A DNA stretch of 64,000 nucleotides from the NCBI GenBank assembly GCA_004431415.1, contig QPMI01000513.1, forward strand, positions 62,001 to 126,000, given 5' to 3'. How positions within the stretch are numbered: position 1 is the first letter of the stretch; each line of letters begins with the position of its first letter. The notes beneath the pieces were generated by a model. That model searched no databases. It was given only the letters and a program-made list of their open reading frames with translations, and was not told the origin of the DNA. The DNA is from Cyanophora paradoxa CCMP329 (taxonomy: Eukaryota > Plantae > Glaucophyta). Made by a program: the position numbers and the translations under genes. This document shows, in pieces, positions 1-19,900 of this stretch.

Positions 1-455
1 CTCGCTGCCAGTTTGAGAGCCCGATATTCGGCGTTCCAGGATGCGCCCCCGACTCTGCAGGAGCACAGAGAATGACCGAGTGAGTGCGGCTAGCAGAAGG
101 CATAAAAGCTGCAGAACTAGAAGAGAGACTCACGCTTTAAACACTTTCATGGCCACTGGGTTCCACTGGACCTCGGGGCGGTTGCTGCAGCAGAGAGCGC
201 GGAAGACGCGGCCGGCCGCGCCCTCGCCGAGCGGCCGCTCGAGGGCGTACCGCCGCTCGGGCTGCAGGAGGTGCTGGAGGTCGGGCGGGATCTGCACGGC
301 GAGCTGCTGCTGCGGCTGCGGCGTGATGATCTCGAGCGGCTGGAGGACGCCGGGCACGAGAAGGGGCGCCCCGCACGGCGCGGGGCAGCTCCCGGGCTGG
401 AAGAGGCCATCGTGGTCGCACTGCTGGAACCAGGTGCAGGTCGGACAGCACCGTC
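1..455 (-). CDS. Protein kinase, N-terminal part; continues off the left edge; start codon not located
   Basis: Translation YALERPLGEGAAGRVFRA...VAMKVFK gives the GxGxxG loop and the VAxK lysine. A GTGAGT donor follows at ~133. Confidence 0.75.
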
Positions 456-1589
456 TGTGTACGCGCGCGCCGTGTTACGTATACGCATATACTATATCTA
501 CGCTATACGTATATATGCGATCGCGCAAACGCTATGGCTAGCACTCCACTTATTATTCGGAATTGGTAGGTCCATAAGACTCCATATCTAACTAAGTACA
601 TATGAACGCACCCGCGCCCGCCGACTGTGTTTGCCATCATGTGCACAGTGCACTGATCGCGAGTCGCGATCGGCTGGTCGATTCGCGGCCTGCGCGCGCG
701 CATATGGAAAAAGTCAATTGCAAGATCGATATCGATATCATGGATTGGGGATCTGAACTTTGTTGTTTTAATGATAACAATATTAATGCACATATGCGTA
801 TACGTATGCATAAGGTATCGATCATGAGCTGCAATCTAAGCTTGGCTGCAACTCGCGATCGAACGTATACGTATACATGTACATATGCATTCGCATGGTA
901 CGTTTCGGTACCGGTATAAGCACGTACGGTTCAATATTAATGATCGCGACCGTGCGTGCAGGCGCTCCCACGCGTTCCTGTTTGCAGATGATATCGATAT
1001 CCGATGTCGATCGGACTCCGAGACCCGGGATCGGAGCGCGCAGCTCGGCTATGCTGCCTGGCCGACGATATCAATCAGATGATCGCTGAGACCGATCGAT
1101 CGGCCGCTCCCGATCCTCAGTTGCTAGAAGCGCTCGGGCGCTGGCTGGCTCGGCGGCTGCACCGCTGGATGATCGGCTGGATGATCGCTTCAGCGAGCGT
1201 ACGCAGTGAGCACTAAGCCCAGCTGCAGCGCTACTGCGCGCGGGCCAGTCTGCGGCGCTATAAGCCTTGAAGGCGCCCCGGGCCCCGCGCGCGAGGGCCG
1301 CGACGTTGACCGACTGCGCTAGCCTAGTACTAGGCTAGTAGCGCTGCGCATTCAGTAAGCTGCTGATGCCATGATCATGATGATGATCGGATATCGATGG
1401 GACTCATCGCCATGGGAGATGACCGCACTGCGCTGCTCTGCGCATGCTCATTGCCAGCTCATCGCATCCGGAAGCCGTATAGAAGCGTACCCGGGGCAAG
1501 CCACGTGCGCCAATTTCAACAAGATCTTTGCAACTGAATCGAGGATGCATGAATAGCAAATTGCCTGGACGCATGAATCGCAAATTAAA

Positions 1590-1882
1590 TGAGCCAGGCC
1601 CCCGTCGCGCCGGGCCCGCGCCGCGGGGCCAGCCCCCGCGGCTGGCCCCCGGGCCCCGGCCCTGCCAGGCTGCCCGGGGCCCGGGCTGCCCGGGCGGCCG
1701 GGCCTGCCCCGGCCCCCGATTCCGCGAACCCCACCGGCGCCGGGCCCGGGGGCGCGGCCCGCGCGCCGGCCGGCGGCGGCCCGGCGCCCCGGCCACCGGC
1801 TCGGGGCCGGCCCCGGGCCGGGCCCGGCCCGGCCCCGGCCCCCGCCGCCCCCGGACCGGCCCGGGCCGGGGCCGGGCGGCCG
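1590..1882. repeat. Near-pure G+C low-complexity tract built from CCGG/GGCC/GGGCCC units
   Basis: About 290 bp with very few A/T, made of repeated ccggcc/ggcccc/ccgggc words. It lies in intergenic DNA past the ABCC stop codon. Confidence 0.8.
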
Positions 1883-1997
1883 ATAGCGGAGATCTAGAGC
1901 TTGAGGCGCTTGCAGTTTCGAGCGCAGGCCTTCTTGCATTCTAATTGCGTTCGACCTTAGGGGCTACCTACATATAGCTCCGACTGGCGACCGGCCG

Positions 1998-10093
<8,096 letters not shown>

Positions 10094-10160
10094 CGCACTT
10101 GGTCCTCGAGCTCATGCACGCGGATCCCATTTGTCATCCCAACTGCAGCGCCTCGAAAGC

Positions 10161-11087
10161 ATGAGCTCTGCCTTCGGGCTAGCGGAGGACATCGCACCCA
10201 CTCGGGCGCTCCCATCGGAGCTGCTGGGCCTAATCTTCTCTCACCTCGACGCGCGGCAGCGCTGCCGCGCCTCGCTGGCCTGCAGAAGATGGCGAGCGGC
10301 CGCCCTTGAGCCTCCGCACAGCGTGAGCCTCGAGCTTACGTGAGCCCTGCAGCTGCGGCCTGCGGTGCCGTCAACTCCCTTCTGAGGCCGCGCGCAGCGT
10401 CGTCGCAGATCTATGGGAGGGCGACGCCGCCGGCGCGATCCGGCGGCGCCTCGCGCGGCTCGCGCGGGCGGCGGCGCAGGAGCGCTCCGAGCACGGCGAC
10501 CTGTGGCGCCTGGAGGCCGCGGCGCTGACGCCGCTCGCCGCGCTCGCCGTGTCGGCCTCGGAGGCAGTCGCCGCCCTCCGCGGCCCGCTCTGCGCCGGCC
10601 TGCGGGAGCTCTCCCTCCGCCTCCTCGCATCCGACTCCGCCGGCCTCTCGCGCCCGCGCTCCGGCCCCCCGCTGCACGTCTTCGGCCTCGGCGCCGCCGT
10701 CCCCGCCTCCGTGCGGGCCCTGACGGTCGCCTGCGTGGCGTCGGAGCTGCAGCTGCGGGGCGCGCTCGACTCGCTCGACGCCGCCTGCTCCGAGCTCGGC
10801 CTGCACGCCCTCCCCGCCCGCCCCTCCCTGCACTCCCTCTCCGTCCTGTGCGAGGGGCGCGAGGAGGACCCGCCGTACCCCGTCGTCAGGGACCCCGACA
10901 AGGCGCGCGCGCACGACGCCCCCGAGCCGGCAGGCCGCCCCCGCCTGCGCCTCACCCGCCCGCCGCCGGCAGGTCCCGGACTTTGCCGCGCTGGAGCGCC
11001 TGGGGGCAACGCTGGACGAGGCGGCCCTGCCCCGCCTCCTCCCCCGCCTCCCCGCCCTCCGCCTCGCCCACACCCTCCGCCTCCACT

Positions 11088-11126
<39 letters not shown>

Positions 11127-11873
11127 TCCGCTGCCGCTGCCTGCTCCTCGGCCGCCAGCTCGACGCCGCCGCCGCCCGCGACGCCGTGCGGGCCCTCTGG
11201 ACCCCGACCCCGCCGCCTTCCCGGGCACCCCTGGCTCGCCGGCCTCGAGTTCGTCGGCTGCGGCGTACCTCCCGACATCGCCCCCGCCGACCTCGCCGGC
11301 GCCGACTTGCGCGTACCCCCGCCCCCTCCTGGGCCGGCCGGCCCCGCCTGACCCGCGCGCGCCGCGCAGCATCGGCGTGCACCTCGGCGCGATCGGCCCC
11401 GCGGCCCTCGACTGGATCACGCGTGCGCGTGTACCCCCCCCGCCCCTGCATGTGCCCCCCGTCCGCCTGAGGCCCCGCAGGCGTCCCGACCCTCTCCGTC
11501 CTCGACCTCTCCCGTGTCCGAATCGACGGTGTACCCCCAGGTTCGCTCCCTCCGGCACATGTACCCCTTTCCTTTTCCTTCCCCTGAGCGGCTCGCAGGG
11601 GCCTTCGCGGAGGCGCTGGGGCGGCTGCCGCCCGAGGCGCGGGTGGCGCTGCGGCCGGCGCCGGAGTCCTCCTGGGCCCCTCCCGAGCTCTGCGCCCTGC
11701 TGCGCGCCCTCGCGGCCGCCCCGCGGCTGCTGCGCGGCGTCGACGTGGACCTCTCCGAGTACCCCGCGCTCCCCGACGAGGTGGCCCGCGAGCGCGAGCG
11801 CCTCTGGCTCGCCCAGGCCGCCGCCGCCCCGTGGCCCCACGGCAGCCAGGGCCCCGCCATGGCCACGCTCTAG
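10161..11873 (+). CDS. F-box protein, copy 1
   Basis: N-terminal RALPSELLGLIFSHLDARQRCRASLACRRWRAAA is an F-box motif, followed by a Leu-rich (LRR-like) region. Apparent homopolymer frameshifts differ from those in copy 2. Confidence 0.8.
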
Positions 11874-12350
11874 ATCTAGCGAGCTCGGCCGCATGTCCCG
11901 GCTATCCCCTCGTGGAATGTACTTGTGTATGTACAAGTTGAAAAGAAAATTTTAATTTGTGCGTGTTGATTGAAGGGCCCCCTAATTATGATCAATGAAT
12001 CAATGAAGGGGCGGCCAGGCGCGGCGCCGGCACGGGGCCGGAACGACGGGGGCCCCCGGCCCGGACAACCTCAACTCTACATGAAGACTGCTGTCTGCAG
12101 CTTGCGCTCGCTTGGCGTGGCCCGGCGCCTGGGCCGACAGCCTGGCAGACTTCAAATACCTCGCGAATGTTATCAGCTCGGTACTCGAGCTCGAAACAAC
12201 GCTCTCGTACATACAGGGGAAGCGTGCACGCGCGCGTGGGATCGCAGCGGGCGGGCATCATGAGCGGGGCCCCGGTGCTCCTTCGGGAGCTGAAGAGCCT
12301 TGCGGATCCTCCTCCGCCGCCGCCGGCTCCCCCTCCTCCTGCCCCTCCTC

Positions 12351-14706
12351 CTAATCGCCCTCCTCCCCCTCCTCCTCATCACCCTGCTCCCCTTCATCTT
12401 CCTCCTCCTCCTCCTCGTCCTCCTCGGCCTCGTCCTCCTCCTCCTCCTCCTCCTCCTCCTCCTCCTGCGACTCTTCCTCCTCGTCCTCGCCGTCCTCCGG
12501 AGGATCCGCTTCCGGCTCCTCCTCCCCCACGAAATCGAACCCGAGCTCCCTGCCGGCCGCCGTCCCTCGTGAGCAGCGGCCCGATCGAAAGCGACAGAAC
12601 GCGCGGGCAGCACAGAAAGTGTACGTAGAGGGCGTCGGCGCACCGGAAAGCTGGCGCGACCGTGCGCGCGAAATTCAAAGTCGCGGCACGCGTAAATCGC
12701 GGTGTCTCGAAAGACATGCTGAGCTCTCCGATCAAGGTTCGAGCGACAATGTACGTCTGTGGAAGACATGTTAGAGATCGCCGGGCTGGCAGCCGTCTTG
12801 CGGACTCTCTCTAGCCACACGGTATCGGCGAGCGCACCTTGCGGGCGGACTGCGCGAGGCCGGCTCGATCGCTGTCGGAGAGCTGCGGCGCCGCGTCCCG
12901 CGCAGCGCGGCGGCGATCGCCCTGGCCTTCCTGAGCGAGTAGGCGGCGACGATCGCGTGGGAGACGACGCCGTGCAGGGCGTGGCCCTCCTCCTGCCGGC
13001 CCCGGCAGCGTCACCCGCGGGTGACGAATCCGAAGCGCGAGCGAGGGCGCATGCGTGTGCAGGAGCGCTCACCAGGGGGAAGCGCAGGATGGTCTCGACG
13101 ACGAGCCGCAGGACGGGGCTCCCCAGCAAGCCGAGCGAGTAGAAGCGGCGGCCGCGGCAGTGGAGGGCACCGCGGCACTCGGGATGCCAGCCGATGACCC
13201 AGATGAGGAGGCCGAGGACCACGAAGATCACCAGGGGCGCGATCCACAGCATCTGCGAGGGCCGAGAGGTAGGAGTGAGCGGGGAGGCGGCGCGGCGCGG
13301 GGGGCGCAGCGGGTGGGCGCGCGGGGGCGCGCGCCTGGATGATGAGAGAAACCTCCGCGAACCTGCGCGGGGCGCGCGCGCGGTGGGCGGGGGCGGTTTG
13401 TGTGTGTTTGAGGGGGGGGGGGGGGGGGGGCGGGGGAGGCCGGCCGGGGCGGGGGGGGGGCGCGGGCGGACCGCTGGCAGTCGGTGGCCATGAGGTTGGT
13501 GATCTGACCGACGGTGGCGCCCTGGCGGGCCCCGTTGTCGAGCACGAGGGCCTTCCGGTAGACCTCCGCCGAGAGCGCCGAGCGCATCTCCATCCCCGAC
13601 CGGAAGTTGAGCAGCAGCGAGTGCTGCTCCCCCATCCCCAGGTCAGCAGCGGCGGCGGCAGCGCCGCCGGCGTCGTGGCGGGCGCCGGCGCACCGCGTTC
13701 ACAAAGGCGCCGATGAGGGGCGCCACGAAGAGGGCCGCCGCGAGGGCGTACCCGTGCCAGCGCTCCGCCCGCGGGTCCACCACGAACTTCAGGATCTCCC
13801 TCATGATCAGCGGGCTGCGCGGAGCGTCTCAGCGGCGCCGGAGCGGCCCGCGCGGCCGGTGGGAACAGCGCCGAGGCGCACTTTCCGACGGCGACGGCTG
13901 CGGGAGGCGCGGCGTGAGGCGGCGGAAAGCGGCGGCGGGGGAAGGAGGCGGGGGCGTCGGGCGCGCGCGCACCCCAGTACGAGAATTGCATCATACCCGT
14001 CACCGCCAGCGTCCCGCGGTACACCCTCCATAGCGACCGGTACAGCGACGGCCTGCGCGTGAAGGGCGCACGTTAGCGATGGGCGCGGCATTTGAGAGTA
14101 CGCTACTAGGCCGAACCTCTCAGGCCGCAGCTGCAGCTCGCGCTCCCACTCGCGCTTCCAAGAGCGCCATACCCGCTCAGTGAGCACATCCTCGCGGACC
14201 GGAGGCAGATCTTCGAACTCCAGAACCTGTGCCGCACGCGCGCATGCATATGAGATCTAGAGAAGAAGCACGTGATAGAAGATGGGCGTATGCGCACTTG
14301 CCGGTTGCCGCTGCGTCGCACGCGTGCGGGAGAGGTAAGGGCGTGCATCACACGCCGCCTGCGCGCAGGGGAAGCGCATTCGCCTCACCGTGCGAGGAGG
14401 TAGGTAGCCCAGCCGAAAGTGATCCGGGAGATGGGGCCGCGCGCTCCTCGGGGCTCACATCCTCCGGCGAGCTCTCCTCCTCGGCTGCAGGCGGCAGCCC
14501 TCCGATGGCCCCCTTCATGCCCGCGGCCGGGATGCGCTCAAGCTAACCTCCGCCGACGGCCAGCTCAGCGGGGGCGCATGCGCAGATCTGACGTCGTTCG
14601 ACGTCGCGAACAGCTCGTCGTCAGCCGGGGAGCTTGCGAGCGTGGGGTACAGCGGCATCAGCCGGGTCTCCGCGCCGCAATCTGCAGCTGGGGCGGGGGG
14701 CTTCAT
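12351..14706 (-). CDS. Putative chimeric gene at the duplication junction: ABCC N-terminal exons fused to the 3' exons of the SWIM-like protein
   Basis: The junction exon reads ...VLGLLIWVIGW-HPE-CRGALHCRGRRFYSLGLLGSPVLRLVVETILRFPL in one frame (ORF 12173..13252). It ends in the acidic tail at TAG 12353-12351. Confidence 0.55.
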
Positions 14707-14773
14707 CGCACTTGGTCCTCGAGCTCATGCACGCGGATCCCATTTGTCATCCCAACTGCAGCGCCTCGAAAGC

Positions 14774-15695
14774 ATGAGCTCTGCCTTCGGGCTAGCGGAG
14801 GACATCGCACCCACTCGGGCGCTCCCATCGGAGCTGCTGGCCTAATCTTCTCTCACCTCGACGCGCGGCAGCGCTGCCGCGCCTCGCTGGCCTGCAGAAG
14901 ATGGCGAGCGGCCGCCCTTGAGCCTCCGCACAGCGTGAGCCTCGAGCTTACGTGAGCCCTGCAGCTGCGGCCTGCGGTGCCGTCAACTCCCTTCTGAGGC
15001 CGCGCGCAGCGTCGTCGCAGATCTATGGAGGGCGACGCCGCCGGCGCGATCCGGCGGCGCCTCGCGCGGCTCGCGCGGGCGGCGGCGCAGGAGCGCTCCG
15101 AGCACGGCGACCTGTGGCGCCTGGAGGCCGCGGCGCTGACGCCGCTCGCCGCGCTCGCCGTGTCGGCCTCGGAGGCAGTCGCCGCCCTCCGCGGCCCGCT
15201 CTGCGCCGGCCTGCGGGAGCTCTCCCTCCGCCTCCTCGCATCCGACTCCGCCGGCCTCTCGCGCCCGCGCTCCGGCCCCCCGCTGCACGTCTTCGGCCTC
15301 GGCGCCGCCGTCCCCGCCTCCGTGCGGGCCCTGACGGTCGCCTGCGTGGCGTCGGAGCTGCAGCTGCGGGGCGCGCTCGACTCGCTCGACGCCGCCTGCT
15401 CCGAGCTCGGCCTGCACGCCCTCCCCGCCCGCCCCTCCCTGCACTCCCTCTCCGTCCTGTGCGAGGGGCGCGAGGAGGACCCGCCGTACCCCGTCGTCAG
15501 GGACCCGACAAGGCGCGCGCGCACGACGCCCCCGAGCCGGCAGGCCGCCCCCGCCTGCGCCTCACCCGCCCGCCGCCGGCAGGTCCCGGACTTTGCCGCG
15601 CTGGAGCGCCTGGGGCAACGCTGGACGAGGCGGCCCTGCCCGCCTCCTCCCCCGCCTCCCCGCCCTCCGCCTCGCCCACACCCTCCGCCTCCACT

Positions 15696-15734
<39 letters not shown>

Positions 15735-16482
15735 TCCGCTGCCGCTGCCTGCTCCTCGGCCGCCAGCTCGACGCCGCCGCCGCCCGCGACGCCGTGCGGG
15801 CCCTCTGGACCCCCGACCCCGCCGCCTTCCCCGGGCACCCCTGGCTCGCCGGCCTCGAGTTCGTCGGCTGCGGCGTACCTCCCGACATCGCCCCCGCCGA
15901 CCTCGCCGGCGCCGACTTGCGCGTACCCCCGCCCCCTCCTGGGCCGGCCGGCCCCGCCTGACCCGCGCGCGCCGCGCAGCATCGGCGTGCACCTCGGCGC
16001 GATCGGCCCCGCGGCCCTCGACTGGATCACGCGTGCGCGTGTACCCCCCCCCGCCCCTGCATGTGCCCCCCGTCCGCCTGAGGCCCCGCAGGCGTCCCGA
16101 CCCTCTCCGTCCTCGACCTCTCCCGTGTCCGAATCGACGGTGTACCCCCAGGTTCGCTCCCTCCGGCACATGTACCCCTTTCCTTTTCCTTCCCCTGAGC
16201 GGCTCGCAGGGGCCTTCGCGGAGGCGCTGGGGCGGCTGCCGCCCGAGGCGCGGGTGGCGCTGCGGCCGGCGCCGGAGTCCTCCTGGGCCCTCCCGAGCTC
16301 TGCGCCTGCTGCGCGCCCTCGCGGCCGCCCCGCGGCTGCTGCGCGGCGTCGACGTGGACCTCTCCGAGTACCCCGCGCTCCCCGACGAGGTGGCCCGCGA
16401 GCGCGAGCGCCTCTGGCTCGCCCAGGCCGCCGCCGCCCCGTGGCCCCACGGCAGCCAGGGCCCCGCCATGGCCACGCTCTAG
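14774..16482 (+). CDS. F-box protein, copy 2
   Basis: Duplicate of 10161-11873 with a different set of 1-nt homopolymer indels. Confidence 0.75.
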
Positions 16483-16960
16483 ATCTAGCGAGCTCGGCCG
16501 CATGTCCCGGCTATCCCCTCGTGGAATGTACTTGTGTATGTACAAGTTGAAAAGAAAATTTTAATTTGTGCGTGTTGATTGAAGGGCCCCCTAATTATGA
16601 TCAATGAATCAATGAAGGGGCGGCCAGGCGCGGCGCCGGCACGGGGGCCGGAACGACGGGGGCCCCCGGCCCGGACAACCTCAACTCTACATGAAGACTG
16701 CTGTCTGCAGCTTGCGCTCGCTTGGCGTGGCCCGGCGCCTGGGCCGACAGCCTGGCAGACTTCAAATACCTCGCGAATGTTATCAGCTCGGTACTCGAGC
16801 TCGAAACAACGCTCTCGTACATACAGGGGAAGCGTGCACGCGCGCGTGGGATCGCAGCGGGCGGGCATCATGAGCGGGGCCCCGGTGCTCCTTCGGGAGC
16901 TGAAGAGCCTTGCGGATCCTCCTCCGCCGCCGCCGGCTCCCCCTCCTCCTGCCCCTCCTC

Positions 16961-19900
16961 CTAATCGCCCTCCTCCCCCTCCTCCTCATCACCCTGCTCC
17001 CCTTCATCTTCCTCCTCCTCCTCCTCGTCCTCCTCGGCCTCGTCCTCCTCCTCCTCCTCCTCCTCCTCCTCCTCCTGCGACTCTTCCTCCTCGTCCTCGC
17101 CGTCCTCCGGAGGATCCGCTTCCGGCTCCTCCTCCCCACGAAATCGAACCCGAGCTCCCTGCCGGCCGCCGTCCCTCGTGAGCAGCGGCCCGATCGAAAG
17201 CGACAGAACGCGCGGGCAGCACAGAAAGTGTACGTAGAGGGCGTCGGCGCACCGGAAAGCTGGCGCGACCGTGCGCGCGAAATTCAAAGTCGCGGCACGC
17301 GTAAATCGCGGTGTCTCGAAAGACATGCTGAGCTCTCCGATCAAGGTTCGAGCGACAATGTACGTCTGTGGAAGACATGTTAGAGATCGCCGGGCTGGCA
17401 GCCGTCTTGCGGACTCTCTCTAGCCACACGGTATCGGCGAGCGCACCTTGCGGGCGGACTGCGCGAGGCCGGCTCGATCGCTGTCGGAGAGCTGCGGCGC
17501 CGCGTCCCCGCGCAGCGCGGCGGCGATCGCCCTGGCCTTCCTGAGCGAGTAGGCGGCGACGATCGCGTGGGAGACGACGCCGTGCAGGGCGTGGCCCTCC
17601 TCCTGCCGGCCCCGGCAGCGTCACCCGCGGGTGACGAATCCGAAGCGCGAGCGAGGGCGCATGCGTGTGCAGGAGCGCTCACCAGGGGGAAGCGCAGGAT
17701 GGTCTCGACGACGAGCCGCAGGACGGGGCTCCCCAGCAAGCCGAGCGAGTAGAAGCGGCGGCCGCGGCAGTGGAGGGCACCGCGGCAGAGGCGGCAGTCC
17801 CGGCGCTCGCACTCCCTGGCCAGGCCGAGGCTGGCGAGCAGCTCGGGGATCGTCCCATACCGCCGCTGGTGCTCCCCGATCGCCCCCGCGAGCTCCTTCA
17901 GCTCCTCTGCCGTCAGCCCGCACCCCTCCTCGGGATCGAGCGCCAGCGGGCTGACGCCGAAGCCGACACCGAGGCCCGGCGCGACCCCGAGGTCGAGCCA
18001 GGGCCTCCCCGAGGCGAGGGCCTGCGAGACCTGCGCGATCTCTCCGTACGGGCTCCCCGTCGCCGCCGTGATGTAGTGCCCGAAGCACATGAAAACCTGC
18101 TTCGTGTTCTCCACACCGCGCCACTCGGAATCGGCGTGCTCATCGTATCCCAGGGACTCGTTGCTGCGAGGGTTGAACGCAGTCAGCTCTGGCGCCGTCC
18201 GCCGAGGGCGCAGGTCGGATAGCTGCGGAGCGCGCGCACTCGACGTGCATGGCAGCGATCTCGGCGACCTTACACCAGCGCGCAAGCAGCACCATTGCCG
18301 CCACGCCCCCCGCCGTGCGCAGCTTCGTGTTCAACTCCAACGCAGCCTCCACGTGGGCCCGCTCCGGATCCTCAGAGTCCTCGTCATCGCGATCGCTGCA
18401 CACACATGCGCGCGGGGGCCACGAGTCATGATCAGAGAGCTTCAGAGAGCGCGCCCCCGGCCCCCTGTGCATGGAATCATAGAGAGGCCGCCCGCACCTG
18501 AAATGGCCGAGGAGGAGGGCGCCAGCGGCCAGAACCAGGCGGGCCGTGCGCCTGCACTCCTCGGAAACGTACGGCTCCTCGTCTGCTTCGATTTCGCAGC
18601 CGCGGAGGCCTGGCACCCGAATCCGTTTCCGCTCGGGGGGCAACTCTGGCGAACACGGTCATGGCGTAGCAACCTCCACAAATCAAACACGGCGATCACC
18701 GCCGGTAAAGATCGCGCGGACGTTCTCCTTCAGCTCGCCAAGCCTCGTCTGCGCAATCGCGCTGGCTGAGGGCCGAGGTCTAGCGAGGCGCGGGACGGGC
18801 CGCGGGCGGCACCTGCAGCCATGCGCCGTAGCTCGCCCCGGCCTCCTCACCGGCGTCGGCGTTGCGGTCGGCGGCCGAGAGGGCGCCGCGGATGACCCAG
18901 AGGGCCTGTACGCAGGGGCAGGCCTTCCAGATGAGCTCCGCCAGCCGCAGCGCGTCCGCCCGGTCCTCCTCCGCTGAGGCCGAATGGGCGCACTCAATTG
19001 CAAGGGCGGCTCGCCAAGGGACACGGAGCAGAGGGGCGCACGCAGGTTGTCGGCCTGGAAGAGCTCGCGGGCGTGGATCTCCCCGAGGACGCGGCGCCAG
19101 ACGGAGAACGAGGCGAGGTCGAAGTGCTCGGAGAGGAAACGCCTGGGCCCGCCGGCTGGAGACGGCCGCGACGCCGACCTTCGCCAGCAGCAAGTAGTCG
19201 CCCACGGGCTCGACCTTCCAGCCCAGGATCCTCTGCACGAGAATGCCGTACGAGCCCCACGGGTCGCCGTGGTCGTCCAGCACCGGCACGTCGTCTTCGA
19301 ACTCGCCGAGGAAGCGCCCGAGGATGCGACGCCGAAGCAAAACAGGCTCGTCTGCGGATATGCCCCAGAGCTCTGCCAGGTGCGGTGCCGCGCCCTCTAA
19401 GAAGCGAAGCTGGCGCACACAGATGAGCGCGCAGCCAGAGGCGACGCCGCCGATCCGGATCGGAGGTCTATATATGGTGCCCGCGCACCGCAAAGTCGTA
19501 GTGCTTCGGATGCCTCGAGCCGAGCATCGCGGAGAATGCCAGAGGGGCGGCGCTCTCCATTTCGCCGCTCGCACCCAGCAGCGTGGCGTACCGAAGGGAC
19601 CAGTCGGCGTTGACCGCGCTCAAGCACGCCGCCTTGACCGCCCGGCCGGCCTTGGCGAGCAGCTGCAGGACGATGCGCGCCACGGAGCCGGGGCCCGAGT
19701 TCTCGCGCTCGCGGCTCACGGCGACGAGCGTCGCCGCGGCTGCCTCCAGCTGCGCATCAATCCCTTCTCCTTGGCCGATCACGATGCCGTCCTTGCACAA
19801 AACCGAGCCCCCTTCGGCAGCGAGGTGCGACCGCAAGAGAGTGCCCGCAAGGCGAAGTAAGAAGGAAACATCCAAGTCACGAAAGGCCCGATCGCTTGCC

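Noticed and set aside
12300-12572. Poly-Leu 'membrane protein' and poly-Arg or poly-Pro ORFs (also at 16783-17383)
   Set aside because: They are alternative frames and strands of the (GAG)n acidic tail of the minus-strand gene.
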